A DNA stretch of 64,000 nucleotides from Clostridia bacterium (GCA_017510245.1 JAFWNQ010000010.1:7178-71177); one strand, 5' to 3'; positions 28,013-36,875 are shown, counted from the stretch's first letter. Translations and numbers: made by a program. The notes: generated by a model not told the origin, from the sequence alone.

Positions 28013-30346
28013 ATGAAGTTATTAGATAGTTTTTTAAAAATATTAAAAACTGATAGAAATACCTTTTTTACTTTTGTCTTGTCAATATGTTCAGTTTATA
28101 TAATAGTTGATAGATTAATAGAATTTTTCTTGATTGTTTTTACAGGTGTAGCCTTTGAATATTGGGGACCAATAACATATGCTATTGCCTATGCTTTCCC
28201 TGTATTTGCTTTTCTATTTTCTTTTCCATCAAAATTTGTTAAACGAGATGTAGACAAAATTACACTATTTATATCGTATTGTATAACTTTATATATATTA
28301 TTTATAATAATGATTACTGAGTGGATTAATAAACTATGCTGGATAGGCCTATTATCACTTCCTGGATATACAACAATAGTTACAGAATTTGCATTTTTGA
28401 TAAAACCAGCATTCTCTTCAATGGCTTTATTTTTGCCACTAGCCACTTGGAGTTCATTATTTAAAAAACTTTACATGAATTTTATGCAAACGAATTTACT
28501 TCAAAAATCTTTATTTGATTTTGGTGGTATAAATCTATCAGACACCAGCATTGGTTGGGGACCATATACAAACGAAGTAAAATTTGGAACAGATAAGAAA
28601 ACTGGAGCCACAGTTAAGCTTCCTGAAATTAGAAGATTTGAATCAACACTTGTCGTTGGTGTTTCTGGTGCAGGAAAAACAACATTGATTTTTGAGCCAA
28701 TGGTTGCTCAAGATATTAATAAAAAGTTTTTCTTTAGGGAAACATCCAAGACATTAGCTATAGCTGCATTAAGAACTGGAATAGCAACTTTAAATGCTCC
28801 ATATAATAATCAATATATCAATAAGAATTTTTCATTAAATATGCTTAAACCTGTTGAATCTAAAAAAGTACTATTTAACTCATATTTTAAGAAAATGATT
28901 TTAACAGACTCTGGTTCAAATATTATATACAAAAACTTAGGTATTACTTATATGTCTCCCGATTATGAGACAATAGGAAAAATAAAAGACGTTTGTGAGA
29001 ATTTTGGACTTAGCTATAATATGATTGATCCTGATAATCCAAATTCAATCGGATTAAATCCATTTTCATTTGAAGATCCGGTTCAATCTGCATTACTGAT
29101 TTCATCTGTACTAAAAGGCTTTTACTCAGATAGGAATCCTGAAGTTGAATTAGCATATAGAGAAAACTTATCAACACAAATTATAGAAAACTTAGCAATT
29201 CTTTTAAAAGTAATGTATCCTAAATTGAATAGTGGTAAAATACCAACTATTGATGATATGTTAAAATTCCTTAATAATTTTGACTTAATTGAAAAGATGT
29301 GTCAAATACTTGAGCAAGATCCTGACTTAGCATATCAATATCAAAATCAAATAGGTTATTTTAAAAAGAATTTCTATAGAAATAGTCCTAACAGAGCAGA
29401 AATGGAAAAAATAGTATCTATACCAATGTCTCAGTTAGATACTTTACTAAGATACCCTGGAGTTAAAAGAATATTATGTAATAGAACTCATAACATTAAT
29501 TACGATAATGTTTTAGAAAATGGTGAAATCAATCTTGTATGTACACGTAGAGGAGATTTGGGAGAAAACGCTCATAAAGCCTTTGGATTATTCTTCCTTC
29601 TTCTAATGCAATTCTCTGTATTAAGAAGACCTGGAAATGAAAAATCTAGAATCCCCCACTTCCTATACATCGATGAATTTCCTGATTTTATATGTCCATC
29701 TACAGAATCAATTTTTACAGTATATAGAAAATATAGAATTGCAACAGTTGTGTCTGCTCAGAATCTAGATCAAATACGTGCCAAAGGTGAAAAAATGGGA
29801 AATACAATTATTGCAAACTGTTCAAATAAATTTGTATTTGGTAATAACTCACCTCAAGACAATGACTGGTGGTCAAAAGAAATTGGGCAAAAGAAAGATT
29901 GGACAATTGATCGTAAGGGATTTGACTTTTCTAGTGAAACCTATGTAGACAAAGGTAATGTTTCTCTTGACTTTAAAGATAAGCTTACAGCTGGAAAGAT
30001 TCAAAAATTAGGATTTAAAACTTGTGCATATAAAGTTAGAGATTTAGGTGGTAGAATTTCAAATGGTGTTGCAAAACTTGATTTTATGGAAGAAAAATAC
30101 AACGAGAAACAAAAAATAAAAACATTTGACTTCAAGAGATTTTCTAATGGAATAACTCAAGAGGATACTACAGGAAAATTTAATTTACTAAAATCTATAA
30201 ACTCACATAATCCATTAGCAAATTCACATTTTTCTGATGAAGCTCAAGAAGATGGCAATCCTATAAAACTTGATACTTCAAACTTAAATTTCAATATTAA
30301 CAATGATGATGCAATAACATTTACATTTAAAAAGGATAAAAAATAA
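28013..30346 (+). CDS. TraG/TraD/VirD4-like type IV coupling-protein ATPase with polytopic N-terminal membrane domain
   Basis: About 5-6 N-terminal TM helices. Walker A VVGVSGAGKTTLIFEP, Walker B HFLYIDEFPDF, then RKYRIATVVSAQNLDQIRAKGEKMGNTIIANCSNKFVFG (TraG-D_C-like). Confidence 0.65.
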   Translation: MKLLDSFLKILKTDRNTFFTFVLSICSVYIIVDRLIEFFLIVFTGVAFEYWGPITYAIAYAFPVFAFLFSFPSKFVKRDVDKITLFISYCITLYILFIIMITEWINKLCWIGLLSLPGYTTIVTEFAFLIKPAFSSMALFLPLATWSSLFKKLYMNFMQTNLLQKSLFDFGGINLSDTSIGWGPYTNEVKFGTDKKTGATVKLPEIRRFESTLVVGVSGAGKTTLIFEPMVAQDINKKFFFRETSKTLAIAALRTGIATLNAPYNNQYINKNFSLNMLKPVESKKVLFNSYFKKMILTDSGSNIIYKNLGITYMSPDYETIGKIKDVCENFGLSYNMIDPDNPNSIGLNPFSFEDPVQSALLISSVLKGFYSDRNPEVELAYRENLSTQIIENLAILLKVMYPKLNSGKIPTIDDMLKFLNNFDLIEKMCQILEQDPDLAYQYQNQIGYFKKNFYRNSPNRAEMEKIVSIPMSQLDTLLRYPGVKRILCNRTHNINYDNVLENGEINLVCTRRGDLGENAHKAFGLFFLLLMQFSVLRRPGNEKSRIPHFLYIDEFPDFICPSTESIFTVYRKYRIATVVSAQNLDQIRAKGEKMGNTIIANCSNKFVFGNNSPQDNDWWSKEIGQKKDWTIDRKGFDFSSETYVDKGNVSLDFKDKLTAGKIQKLGFKTCAYKVRDLGGRISNGVAKLDFMEEKYNEKQKIKTFDFKRFSNGITQEDTTGKFNLLKSINSHNPLANSHFSDEAQEDGNPIKLDTSNLNFNINNDDAITFTFKKDKK

Positions 30347-30356
30347 ACTGTCAATG

Positions 30357-30416
30357 TGTCAATGGGGACGTAGTTATTATGACATTAATGTCATAATAAC
30401 TACGTCCCCATTGACA
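30357..30416. repeat. 60-bp perfect palindrome (30-bp arms, no spacer) flanked by TGTCAATG / CATTGACA repeats
   Basis: All 30 pairs were checked base by base around the centre 30386|30387. Core: tgtcaatggggacgtagttattatgacatt|aatgtcataataactacgtccccattgaca. An extra tgtcaatg lies on the left (30349-30356), and ttgaca plus ccattgaca on the right (30417-30432). Confidence 0.95.
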
Positions 30417-30434
30417 TTGACACCCATTGACAAG

Positions 30435-31364
30435 CTATAATAATATTTTTGCTTCATTTTTTCTTATTTTAAATTTTCCATCTTCATTTACAAAACTATA
30501 TAAAGAACTAGATAAACTATCATTATTCTGTTCTAAATCCGTCGTATAATAAAAGTTGATTTTGTCAAAATTTATCCTATTAATCGTTATTACCTTGAAA
30601 ACTTCTCCCATATGAGTCATATCTTCACAAACAAATACGATTTGAGGAATTGTACTAAACTCTGAATCTCCAATAATAAAATTATCATAAAAGTCCTTCC
30701 ATAGATTCATTCTATCAATTAATTGCTGTTCCCAACCCAAATTTCTTCTAATTACTTCATAGACAAAGCTATAGTTATGTTGGTTAAAATTAAAGTCTAT
30801 TCTCAAAGTTGGTTTAAATTTTTTTGCTAAACTTTTTGCAGTTATTTGAGGTTTTAGTACATAGTTACTAAACGATTTGACCTTTCTCATATATGCAATT
30901 AATAGTTGATTACCAGCTAATTTTTTCTTTATCATATCTACAGGTTTTGCATTATCTGATGGTTGCCATTTACAATCAATCTCTCTTGAGTTAAGTAAGT
31001 ATTTTCCCATTTTCTCCATGCAGTATACTCTAAAAATACCTTTTCCCTCACTAGAAACAAAATAATATCTAGTTAATATTTTGCTTTTTATTAGTTGATC
31101 TAATTTATTATTTAACTTATCTTGGCTTTTTATTTCAACATTTTCCATTTGTAACAATTGATAAATCTGCCTTGATGTTAAAAATTCATATTTATTTATA
31201 TATTCAATTATTTTAAAATGTAAATCATTTATATGTCCCAAATTAATCTTTTGCATTATTTGATTCATAGACACATATCCATCTTTACCGTCAAATACTT
31301 TTATTTCTCCCTCTCTCATTGCAAATGGAGAGACTTTTGTTTTTATTTCATTATCATTTACCAT
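30435..31364 (-). CDS. wHTH protein resembling the Replication-relaxation (PF13814-like) family
   Basis: Segment LHFKIIEYINKYEFLTSRQIYQLL...LNNKLDQLIKSKILTRYY...YCMEKMGKYLL follows the wHTH pattern of replication-relaxation proteins. Convergent with the coupling-protein gene. Confidence 0.45.
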   Translation of the reverse strand: MVNDNEIKTKVSPFAMREGEIKVFDGKDGYVSMNQIMQKINLGHINDLHFKIIEYINKYEFLTSRQIYQLLQMENVEIKSQDKLNNKLDQLIKSKILTRYYFVSSEGKGIFRVYCMEKMGKYLLNSREIDCKWQPSDNAKPVDMIKKKLAGNQLLIAYMRKVKSFSNYVLKPQITAKSLAKKFKPTLRIDFNFNQHNYSFVYEVIRRNLGWEQQLIDRMNLWKDFYDNFIIGDSEFSTIPQIVFVCEDMTHMGEVFKVITINRINFDKINFYYTTDLEQNNDSLSSSLYSFVNEDGKFKIRKNEAKILL

Positions 31365-31421
31365 TATTTTATTTGCCCCCTAAAAATTATTTTAATGCAA
31401 ATGTATTCTTATCTAATTTAA

Positions 31422-32723
31422 TTAAACTAGATAAGGTAAGAATAGATTTGCTAAACTCAAGAAAATGAAAAAACCAAGTGTATCAGTAGCTGTTGTTAAG
31501 AATATAGATGAAGACAGTGCAGGATCAATATGTAGCTTATCCAAAATCAATGGAATTACAAGTCCTGTTACTCCTGCAACCACTAAATTTCCAATCATAG
31601 CTAAAAATATAATTAATCCTAAATAAAAGTTTTTATATATCAAAAATACAACAATTCCTGTAATCAACCCTACTGCTGCACCATTAGCCACACCTAGTAA
31701 TAGTTCTTTCCAAATTAGTTTACTTGCATCTTTTAGTTTCACATTTCCCATAGCAATATTTCTTATTATAATTGAAACTGTTTGTGTACCTGCATTTCCT
31801 CCCATACCTGTTACAATAGACATAGTTGCAGATAGTGCTACCACTTGAGCTATTGTACCTTCAAATTGCTTTACAGTCATAGATGCTAAGAATGCTGTTA
31901 TTAGATTAATAAATAACCAAGGAAATCTCATTTTTAATGATTCCAATGGTGTACTATCAATCGTTTCTTCTTTATCTACACCACCCATTCTAAGTACATC
32001 TTCTGTTTGTTCTTCAATCATTACATCCATAATGTCGTCAATTGTAATAATTCCAAGCATAACCATATGCTTGTTTACAACAGGTATAACTGTTAAATCA
32101 TACTTAGTAGCAAGCAAAGCAACTTCTTCTTGGTCTGTTTCAGGTTCTGCATAGACAAAATTTTTGTTAGTAATTTCTTCTATCTTCTTTTTTCCATCAT
32201 CAATCAATATATCTCTTAAATCCACTGTTCCAACAAGTTTTTTCTTGTCATCAGTAACAAAAATAGTATCAAGTACTTCTGTCTTAGGAGATATTTCTTT
32301 AATTTTTTCTAGAGCACCATTAACATCTAGTGTATTTCTGATTGCTATGTATTCTGTTGTCATTATACCACCAGCGCAGTCTTCTTTATAGCCTAGCAAT
32401 TGCTCGATAATAGTTCTATCTCCCTTTTTCATCAAATTGATGATAGCTTTTCTTTTGCCTGTAGGCAACATTCCTAGAATATCAACAATATCATCTTTTT
32501 GCATATAGCTAAATACTTTTAAAATCTTCTCATTAGTCAAAAACTCTATTATCCTAATTTGAGATTTCTCATCAGCTTGTTCAAGAATCATTGAAAGCTT
32601 TTCATCTGTTAAAGCTGTACATAATTTAAAAATTTGTCCATCTTCATAGTCTGATAAAGACTTAGCTATGTCTATTAATATTGTTTCGTCAGTAAGTTTT
32701 TCTACATTAATAATATTTTCCAT
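31422..32723 (-). CDS. mgtE: Magnesium transporter MgtE
   Basis: MgtE N-domain, tandem CBS (...AGGIMTTEYIAI..., ...VIPVVNKHMVMLGIITIDDI...) and a 5-TM C-terminal domain. Confidence 0.9.
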   Translation of the reverse strand: MENIINVEKLTDETILIDIAKSLSDYEDGQIFKLCTALTDEKLSMILEQADEKSQIRIIEFLTNEKILKVFSYMQKDDIVDILGMLPTGKRKAIINLMKKGDRTIIEQLLGYKEDCAGGIMTTEYIAIRNTLDVNGALEKIKEISPKTEVLDTIFVTDDKKKLVGTVDLRDILIDDGKKKIEEITNKNFVYAEPETDQEEVALLATKYDLTVIPVVNKHMVMLGIITIDDIMDVMIEEQTEDVLRMGGVDKEETIDSTPLESLKMRFPWLFINLITAFLASMTVKQFEGTIAQVVALSATMSIVTGMGGNAGTQTVSIIIRNIAMGNVKLKDASKLIWKELLLGVANGAAVGLITGIVVFLIYKNFYLGLIIFLAMIGNLVVAGVTGLVIPLILDKLHIDPALSSSIFLTTATDTLGFFIFLSLANLFLPYLV

Positions 32724-32832
32724 AACTCTTATAATCCCTTCTTCTTTATTATAAAAGAATAAGTATAAAACATAAATCTAAACAATCATGTTATGAATAA
32801 AATACTAATAAATTCCTGACGTAAAATTTATT

Positions 32833-32907
32833 CTACTCAAAAACAAGTGATTGCTCACTTTTATATTTACACCTATTCAGTTTGTACTTATCGGAGCCTT
32901 CACTCAT
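32833..32907 (-). CDS. Candidate 24-aa leader ORF in the mgtE 5' UTR
   Basis: ATG at 32907 behind aagaggtgat. Product MSEGSDKYKLNRCKYKSEQSLVFE. Its last codons overlap the small hairpin aagtga-gcaa-tcactt plus U-run (32839-32860). Confidence 0.3.
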   Translation of the reverse strand: MSEGSDKYKLNRCKYKSEQSLVFE

Positions 32908-32943
32908 TAAATATCACCTCTTTTTCTTAAAACATACACAATT

Positions 32944-32972
32944 ATTATAACATAAAAAGAATAATTTAACAA
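32944..32972 (-). promoter_or_regulatory. Sigma-A promoter with extended -10 driving the mgtE leader
   Basis: On the minus strand: TTGTTA (32972-32967), 17 nt, TGtTATAAT (32952-32944). This gives a ~210-nt 5' UTR. Confidence 0.55.
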
Positions 32973-33016
32973 GATTTATGTAAAATAAAAAGTCTAATTA
33001 TTTTTAAAGTACTAAC

Positions 33017-33047
33017 AAAAAAAAAGATGCTTTCGCATCTTTTTTTT
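33017..33047 (-). terminator. Intrinsic terminator after rplL
   Basis: agatgc tttc gcatct stem extended by A/T pairs, with a T-run on the transcribed strand right after the rplL stop. Confidence 0.75.
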
Positions 33048-33048
33048 A

Positions 33049-33417
33049 TTATTGAAGTTCTACTGTTGCTCCAGCATCTTCTAATTTTTTCTTTAATTCT
33101 TCTGCTTGATCTTTAGGTAATGCTTCTTTAACTGTCTTTGGAGCACCATCAACCATGTCTTTAGCATCCTTTAATCCTAAACCTGTAGCATCTTTAACTA
33201 CTTTTATTACTTGGATTTTTTGAGCTCCAGCATCCTTTAATACAACATCAAAGTTGCTCTTTTCTTCAGCAGCTCCAGCTGCTGCTCCTCCAGCTGCTGG
33301 TGCAGCTGCTGCTACTGCAGAAACTCCATATTTTTCTTCAATATTTTTTACTAAATCAGCTAACTCTACTACTGTTAACTTGTCGATTGATTCTAATATA
33401 TCATCAATTTTTGCCAT
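33049..33417 (-). CDS. rplL: 50S ribosomal protein L7/L12
   Basis: [24 protein letters not shown]...Ala-rich hinge...[24 protein letters not shown] at 33417 behind aaggagga. Confidence 0.95.
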   Translation of the reverse strand: MAKIDDILESIDKLTVVELADLVKNIEEKYGVSAVAAAAPAAGGAAAGAAEEKSNFDVVLKDAGAQKIQVIKVVKDATGLGLKDAKDMVDGAPKTVKEALPKDQAEELKKKLEDAGATVELQ

Positions 33418-33513
33418 TTTAAATTCCTCCTTATATTTTTTTTGAGTTTGGCAACTCACTTCATTTTAATAAAACTTTTTATTATTAAAATATATTAATT
33501 ATTTAATTTTAAA

Positions 33514-34149
33514 TTATTTTTCTTCTTTAACTTCAACTTTTTCTTCAACTTCTGCTTCTTTAGTCTCAGTTTTTTCTTCTTTTACTTCTTCTTTAGCTTC
33601 AGCCTTTTTTTCCTTTGCATCAGATTTTTCTTCTGCTGCTGGGCTGCCACCTTCTTCTTCTTTCTTCATTCTAACTTGATCAACAGCAACTGCAAGTTTT
33701 GCAATTGTTTGTAATAATGATCCAGCAAGTTTTGAAAGAAGTTCTTCTCTTGATGGAAGTTGTGCAAGTGTTGTTAAGTCTTCAACAGACATTGCTTTAC
33801 CATCAACATATCCACCTTTGATTTTGTAATTATCGTGTTGCTTTGTAAATTTGTATATAATTTTAAGTGAGCTTAAGTAATCTTCGTCTGCAAGTACAAT
33901 AGCATTAGGTCCTACAAGTATTTCATCTAACTCTTTATTTCCATTAGAATCTAAAGCTCTTCTTAAAATATTATTTTTAACAACTTTACATTTTCCATTA
34001 GCTTCTCTTAAATCTTTTCTTAATTTTGTATCATCATCAACTGATGTTCCTCTGTAGTCAACTACTAAAATTAATTTTGCAGATTTAAGTTCTTCAGCTA
34101 ATTCCTTTACCATTGCTTCTTTCTTTTCTATTATAGCTTTATTTGCCAT
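33514..34149 (-). CDS. rplJ: 50S ribosomal protein L10 with ~50-aa Lys/Glu-rich C-terminal extension
   Basis: MANKAIIEKKEAMVKELAEELKSAKLILVVDYRG... The tail is ...KKEEEGGSPAAEEKSDAKEKKAEAKEEVKEEK... Confidence 0.95.
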   Translation of the reverse strand: MANKAIIEKKEAMVKELAEELKSAKLILVVDYRGTSVDDDTKLRKDLREANGKCKVVKNNILRRALDSNGNKELDEILVGPNAIVLADEDYLSSLKIIYKFTKQHDNYKIKGGYVDGKAMSVEDLTTLAQLPSREELLSKLAGSLLQTIAKLAVAVDQVRMKKEEEGGSPAAEEKSDAKEKKAEAKEEVKEEKTETKEAEVEEKVEVKEEK

Positions 34150-34353
34150 TTTTTCACCTCCTTTAGAATTTATATTTATAACGACTACTATTAATAAGTC
34201 TTTAGAAGTCGTGTATTAACTATGTTATGTCTAGAATCTAATCATATAAAAAACTCAATCTATAGCCATAGGCAAATAGATTGAGCAAATCTCATTCTAG
34301 TTTGCCTCGGTAGGACTTACTTATTGCCTACTATCTTTGGCTATAATAATATA
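34150..34353 (-). promoter_or_regulatory. Structured rplJ leader (candidate L10-leader autoregulatory RNA)
   Basis: 204-nt spacer between rplA and rplJ containing several hairpins (caatctat...atagattg; gtagg...cctac; acgact...agtcgt). Firmicute rplJ operons commonly carry an L10(L12)4-binding leader here. Confidence 0.4.
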
Positions 34354-35040
34354 TTATTTATGTTCAATATACAATCCTGGTCCCATTGTTGTTGCCATTG
34401 CAACACTCTTAACATATTGACCCTTAGCTGCAGCTGGTTTTGCTTTAATTATAGCATTCATAATTACTTCATAGTTCTCTAATAACTTGTCTGTTCCAAA
34501 AGAAACTTTACCAAATCCTAAGTGAATAATATTATTTTTATCTAATCTATATTCAACTTTACCAGATTTAATCTCTTCTATAGCTTTTGTAACATCCATA
34601 GTTACAGTTCCTGATTTAGGGTTTGGCATTAAACCTTTTGGTCCAAGTACCTTTCCTAATCTACCTACAACACCCATCATATCTGGTGTGGCAACAACTA
34701 CATCATATTCAAACCAGTTTTCATTTTGGATTTTAGGTATTAATTCTTCTGCTCCAACAAAATCAGCTCCTGCCTTTTCAGCTTCGTCTGCTTTTGGTCC
34801 TTTAGCAAATACCAATACTCTTTGTGTTTTTCCAGTTCCATTTGGAAGTACTACTGTACCTCTAACTTGTTGATCTGCATGCTTTGAGTCAACTCCTAAT
34901 TTAACATGAAGTTCAACTGTTTCGTCAAACTTTGTTTTAGGCATTTTTTCGATTATATCAATGGCATCTTTTGGGCTATATAATTTTTTTGCCTCAAAAA
35001 GTTTAGCACTTTCTTGATATCTCTTTCCTTTCTTTTTCAT
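34354..35040 (-). CDS. rplA: 50S ribosomal protein L1
   Basis: [10 protein letters not shown]...[12 protein letters not shown]...[15 protein letters not shown]... Confidence 0.95.
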   Translation of the reverse strand: MKKKGKRYQESAKLFEAKKLYSPKDAIDIIEKMPKTKFDETVELHVKLGVDSKHADQQVRGTVVLPNGTGKTQRVLVFAKGPKADEAEKAGADFVGAEELIPKIQNENWFEYDVVVATPDMMGVVGRLGKVLGPKGLMPNPKSGTVTMDVTKAIEEIKSGKVEYRLDKNNIIHLGFGKVSFGTDKLLENYEVIMNAIIKAKPAAAKGQYVKSVAMATTMGPGLYIEHK

Positions 35041-35127
35041 TCTTACCTCCTTTGGTTTTAACGAGACTATTTTTAGTCTCTCCCATAAAATTAATTTAAA
35101 ATAACTATATTTATTTTTTTCAGCTAA

Positions 35128-35568
35128 TTATTCTTCAATTGTAACACCCATAGATCTAGCTGTTCCTGCAACCATTTTCATTGCAGTTTCTAAAGAAGCA
35201 GCATTTAAGTCTGGCATTTTAGCCTTAGCTATTTCTTCAACTTGTGCTTTTGTAAGTTTTGCAACTTTTTCCATATTTGGTTTTCCAGAACCTTTTTGGA
35301 TTTTAGCAGCTTTCTTTATTAATACTGCCATTGGTGGTTCCTTAGTAATAAATTCAAATGATTTGTCTTTATGAACTGTAATAACAACTGGTATTATCAT
35401 ACCTGCTTGTTGTGCTGTTCTATCATTGAATTGTTTTACGAAATCCATAATATTAACACCACTACCTCCTAATGCTGGTCCAACTGGTGGAGCTGGTGAA
35501 GCCTTTCCTGCTGGTATTTGTAGCTTAATAATGGTATCTTTTTCTTCTTGATCTTTTCTTCCTGCCAT
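35128..35568 (-). CDS. rplK: 50S ribosomal protein L11
   Basis: ...[33 protein letters not shown]... Confidence 0.95.
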   Translation of the reverse strand: MAGRKDQEEKDTIIKLQIPAGKASPAPPVGPALGGSGVNIMDFVKQFNDRTAQQAGMIIPVVITVHKDKSFEFITKEPPMAVLIKKAAKIQKGSGKPNMEKVAKLTKAQVEEIAKAKMPDLNAASLETAMKMVAGTARSMGVTIEE

Positions 35569-35741
35569 TTTTACACCTCCTCTTTCTGATTATTCAATCA
35601 AAATTGCATTTTTTATTTGGTAAACTTCATTCAAAACTTCATTGTACCTAAGTACGCTTCAGTTTTTTCATTTGTTAGCCTCGTAAAATCCCATTTCTGA
35701 TTGAATTGTAAATATTGTATATATAAGAATTATACTAACTA

Positions 35742-36278
35742 TTAATTTGATTTTTCAACCTCTGCAAAGTCTAACTCAACTGGCGTTTCTCTACCAAACA
35801 TTGATACAAGAACCTTTACTTTATGCTTTTCTTTATTTATCTCTGTAACAGTTCCAATGAAATTTTCAAATGGTCCATTAATAACTTTAACTTGATCATT
35901 TACTTCATAATCAATATTAATAGATTGAACATCAAATCCCATTTTCTTTATTTCAGATTCTGTCAAAGGAATAGGGTCAGTTCCTGAACCAACAAATCCT
36001 GTAACACCTCTTGTATTTCTAACTATATACCATGTTTGTTCAGTTACAATCATTTTGATTAATACATATCCAGGAAAAACTTTTTTTAAATTAGTTTTTC
36101 TCTTTCCATCTTTAATCTCAATTTGTTCTTCCATTGGTACTATAATATCAAAGAAAAATTCTTGTAATTCTCTGTTCTTAATTGTTTTTTCAAGGTCAGT
36201 TTTTACTTTGTTTTCATAGCCAGAATACGTATGTACAACATACCATCTAGGCTCTAAATCATACTCTTTTTGAGACAT
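35742..36278 (-). CDS. nusG: Transcription termination/antitermination factor NusG
   Basis: RWYVVHTYSGYENKVK...FPGYVLIKM...KOW motif ...VKVINGPFENFIGTV... Confidence 0.95.
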   Translation of the reverse strand: MSQKEYDLEPRWYVVHTYSGYENKVKTDLEKTIKNRELQEFFFDIIVPMEEQIEIKDGKRKTNLKKVFPGYVLIKMIVTEQTWYIVRNTRGVTGFVGSGTDPIPLTESEIKKMGFDVQSINIDYEVNDQVKVINGPFENFIGTVTEINKEKHKVKVLVSMFGRETPVELDFAEVEKSN

Positions 36279-36304
36279 AACCTAGCCTCCTTAAAAATTA
36301 CTAA

Positions 36305-36853
36305 TTATTTATTGCTATCTTCTTCTGCACTTGTAGTATCTTCTGTCCATACTGCTTCAACTTCATTTACTAATGAATTTGATGTTTCAATTTCTGTTCC
36401 TTCATCTGTCTGCTCTGAGCTTTCTTCAGTATTCTGATCCTCAGTAGTATTCTCTTCTGAAGAAACTGTTATTGTATTCTTTAATTTTTTAGCACCTTCA
36501 ACTTCAGCACTATTTAAAGACTTAAAAGCTAAATCTAATACAAAAATAATTGCAGCAACTAAAATTACCATTGAAATAACTACAACAGAGTTTTCAATTA
36601 GTTCACTTCTGCTAGGCCAAATAATTTTCTTTAATTCTGCCTTAAATTCTTTAAACCATCTATTATTTTTGTCCTTTTTTGCAGCTTTTTTAGTTGGTTT
36701 CTTTTGATTTTTGGCTTTTGGCTTTGTATTAGCGCTTTTCTTAGTTGAAACTTCTTTATTTTCTTCTTTAGTTTCAACCTTAACTTCGTCTTTAACTTCT
36801 TTTATGTCTTTTTTTACACTCTTACTATTTACTTTTTTCTTGCTTTTTGGCAT
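36305..36853 (-). CDS. secE: Preprotein translocase subunit SecE with long Lys-rich N-terminal and acidic C-terminal extensions
   Basis: Core RWFKEFKAELKKIIWPSRSELIENSVVVISMVILVAAIIFVLDLAF is SecE. Its position between rpmG and nusG is canonical. 182 aa is about three times the usual Firmicute size. Confidence 0.85.
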   Translation of the reverse strand: MPKSKKKVNSKSVKKDIKEVKDEVKVETKEENKEVSTKKSANTKPKAKNQKKPTKKAAKKDKNNRWFKEFKAELKKIIWPSRSELIENSVVVISMVILVAAIIFVLDLAFKSLNSAEVEGAKKLKNTITVSSEENTTEDQNTEESSEQTDEGTEIETSNSLVNEVEAVWTEDTTSAEEDSNK

Positions 36854-36875
36854 TTTTATTCCCCCTTAAAGGCAA

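Noticed and set aside
30349-30434. TTGACA motifs in and around the palindrome as -35 promoter boxes, and the palindrome as an ordinary bidirectional terminator.
   Set aside because: Both flanking genes converge on the site, so there is nothing to promote. No -10 element sits at proper spacing. Terminator function is possible, but the 30-bp arms, the lack of adjacent U-runs and the flanking iterons go beyond the other terminators in the window, so it is kept as a finding.
27844-31421. The coupling-protein locus as an intact integrative conjugative element or prophage.
   Set aside because: No integrase or recombinase, no VirB4/VirB6-type genes, no phage structural genes, and no flanking direct repeats were recognised. 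Only two genes are present.
32724-32975. M-box (ykoK) riboswitch expected upstream of mgtE.
   Set aside because: Some short similarities exist (GTGAAGGCTCC, AATAGGTG, ACGTCAGG). They are in the wrong order, and the conserved M-box blocks are missing. The region is reported instead as an unassigned leader. An Infernal scan would be decisive.
35569-35741. Possible L1/L11 autoregulatory leader upstream of rplK.
   Set aside because: The 173-nt spacer is mostly AT-rich. I could not identify an L1-binding mimic of 23S rRNA or a convincing structure by eye.
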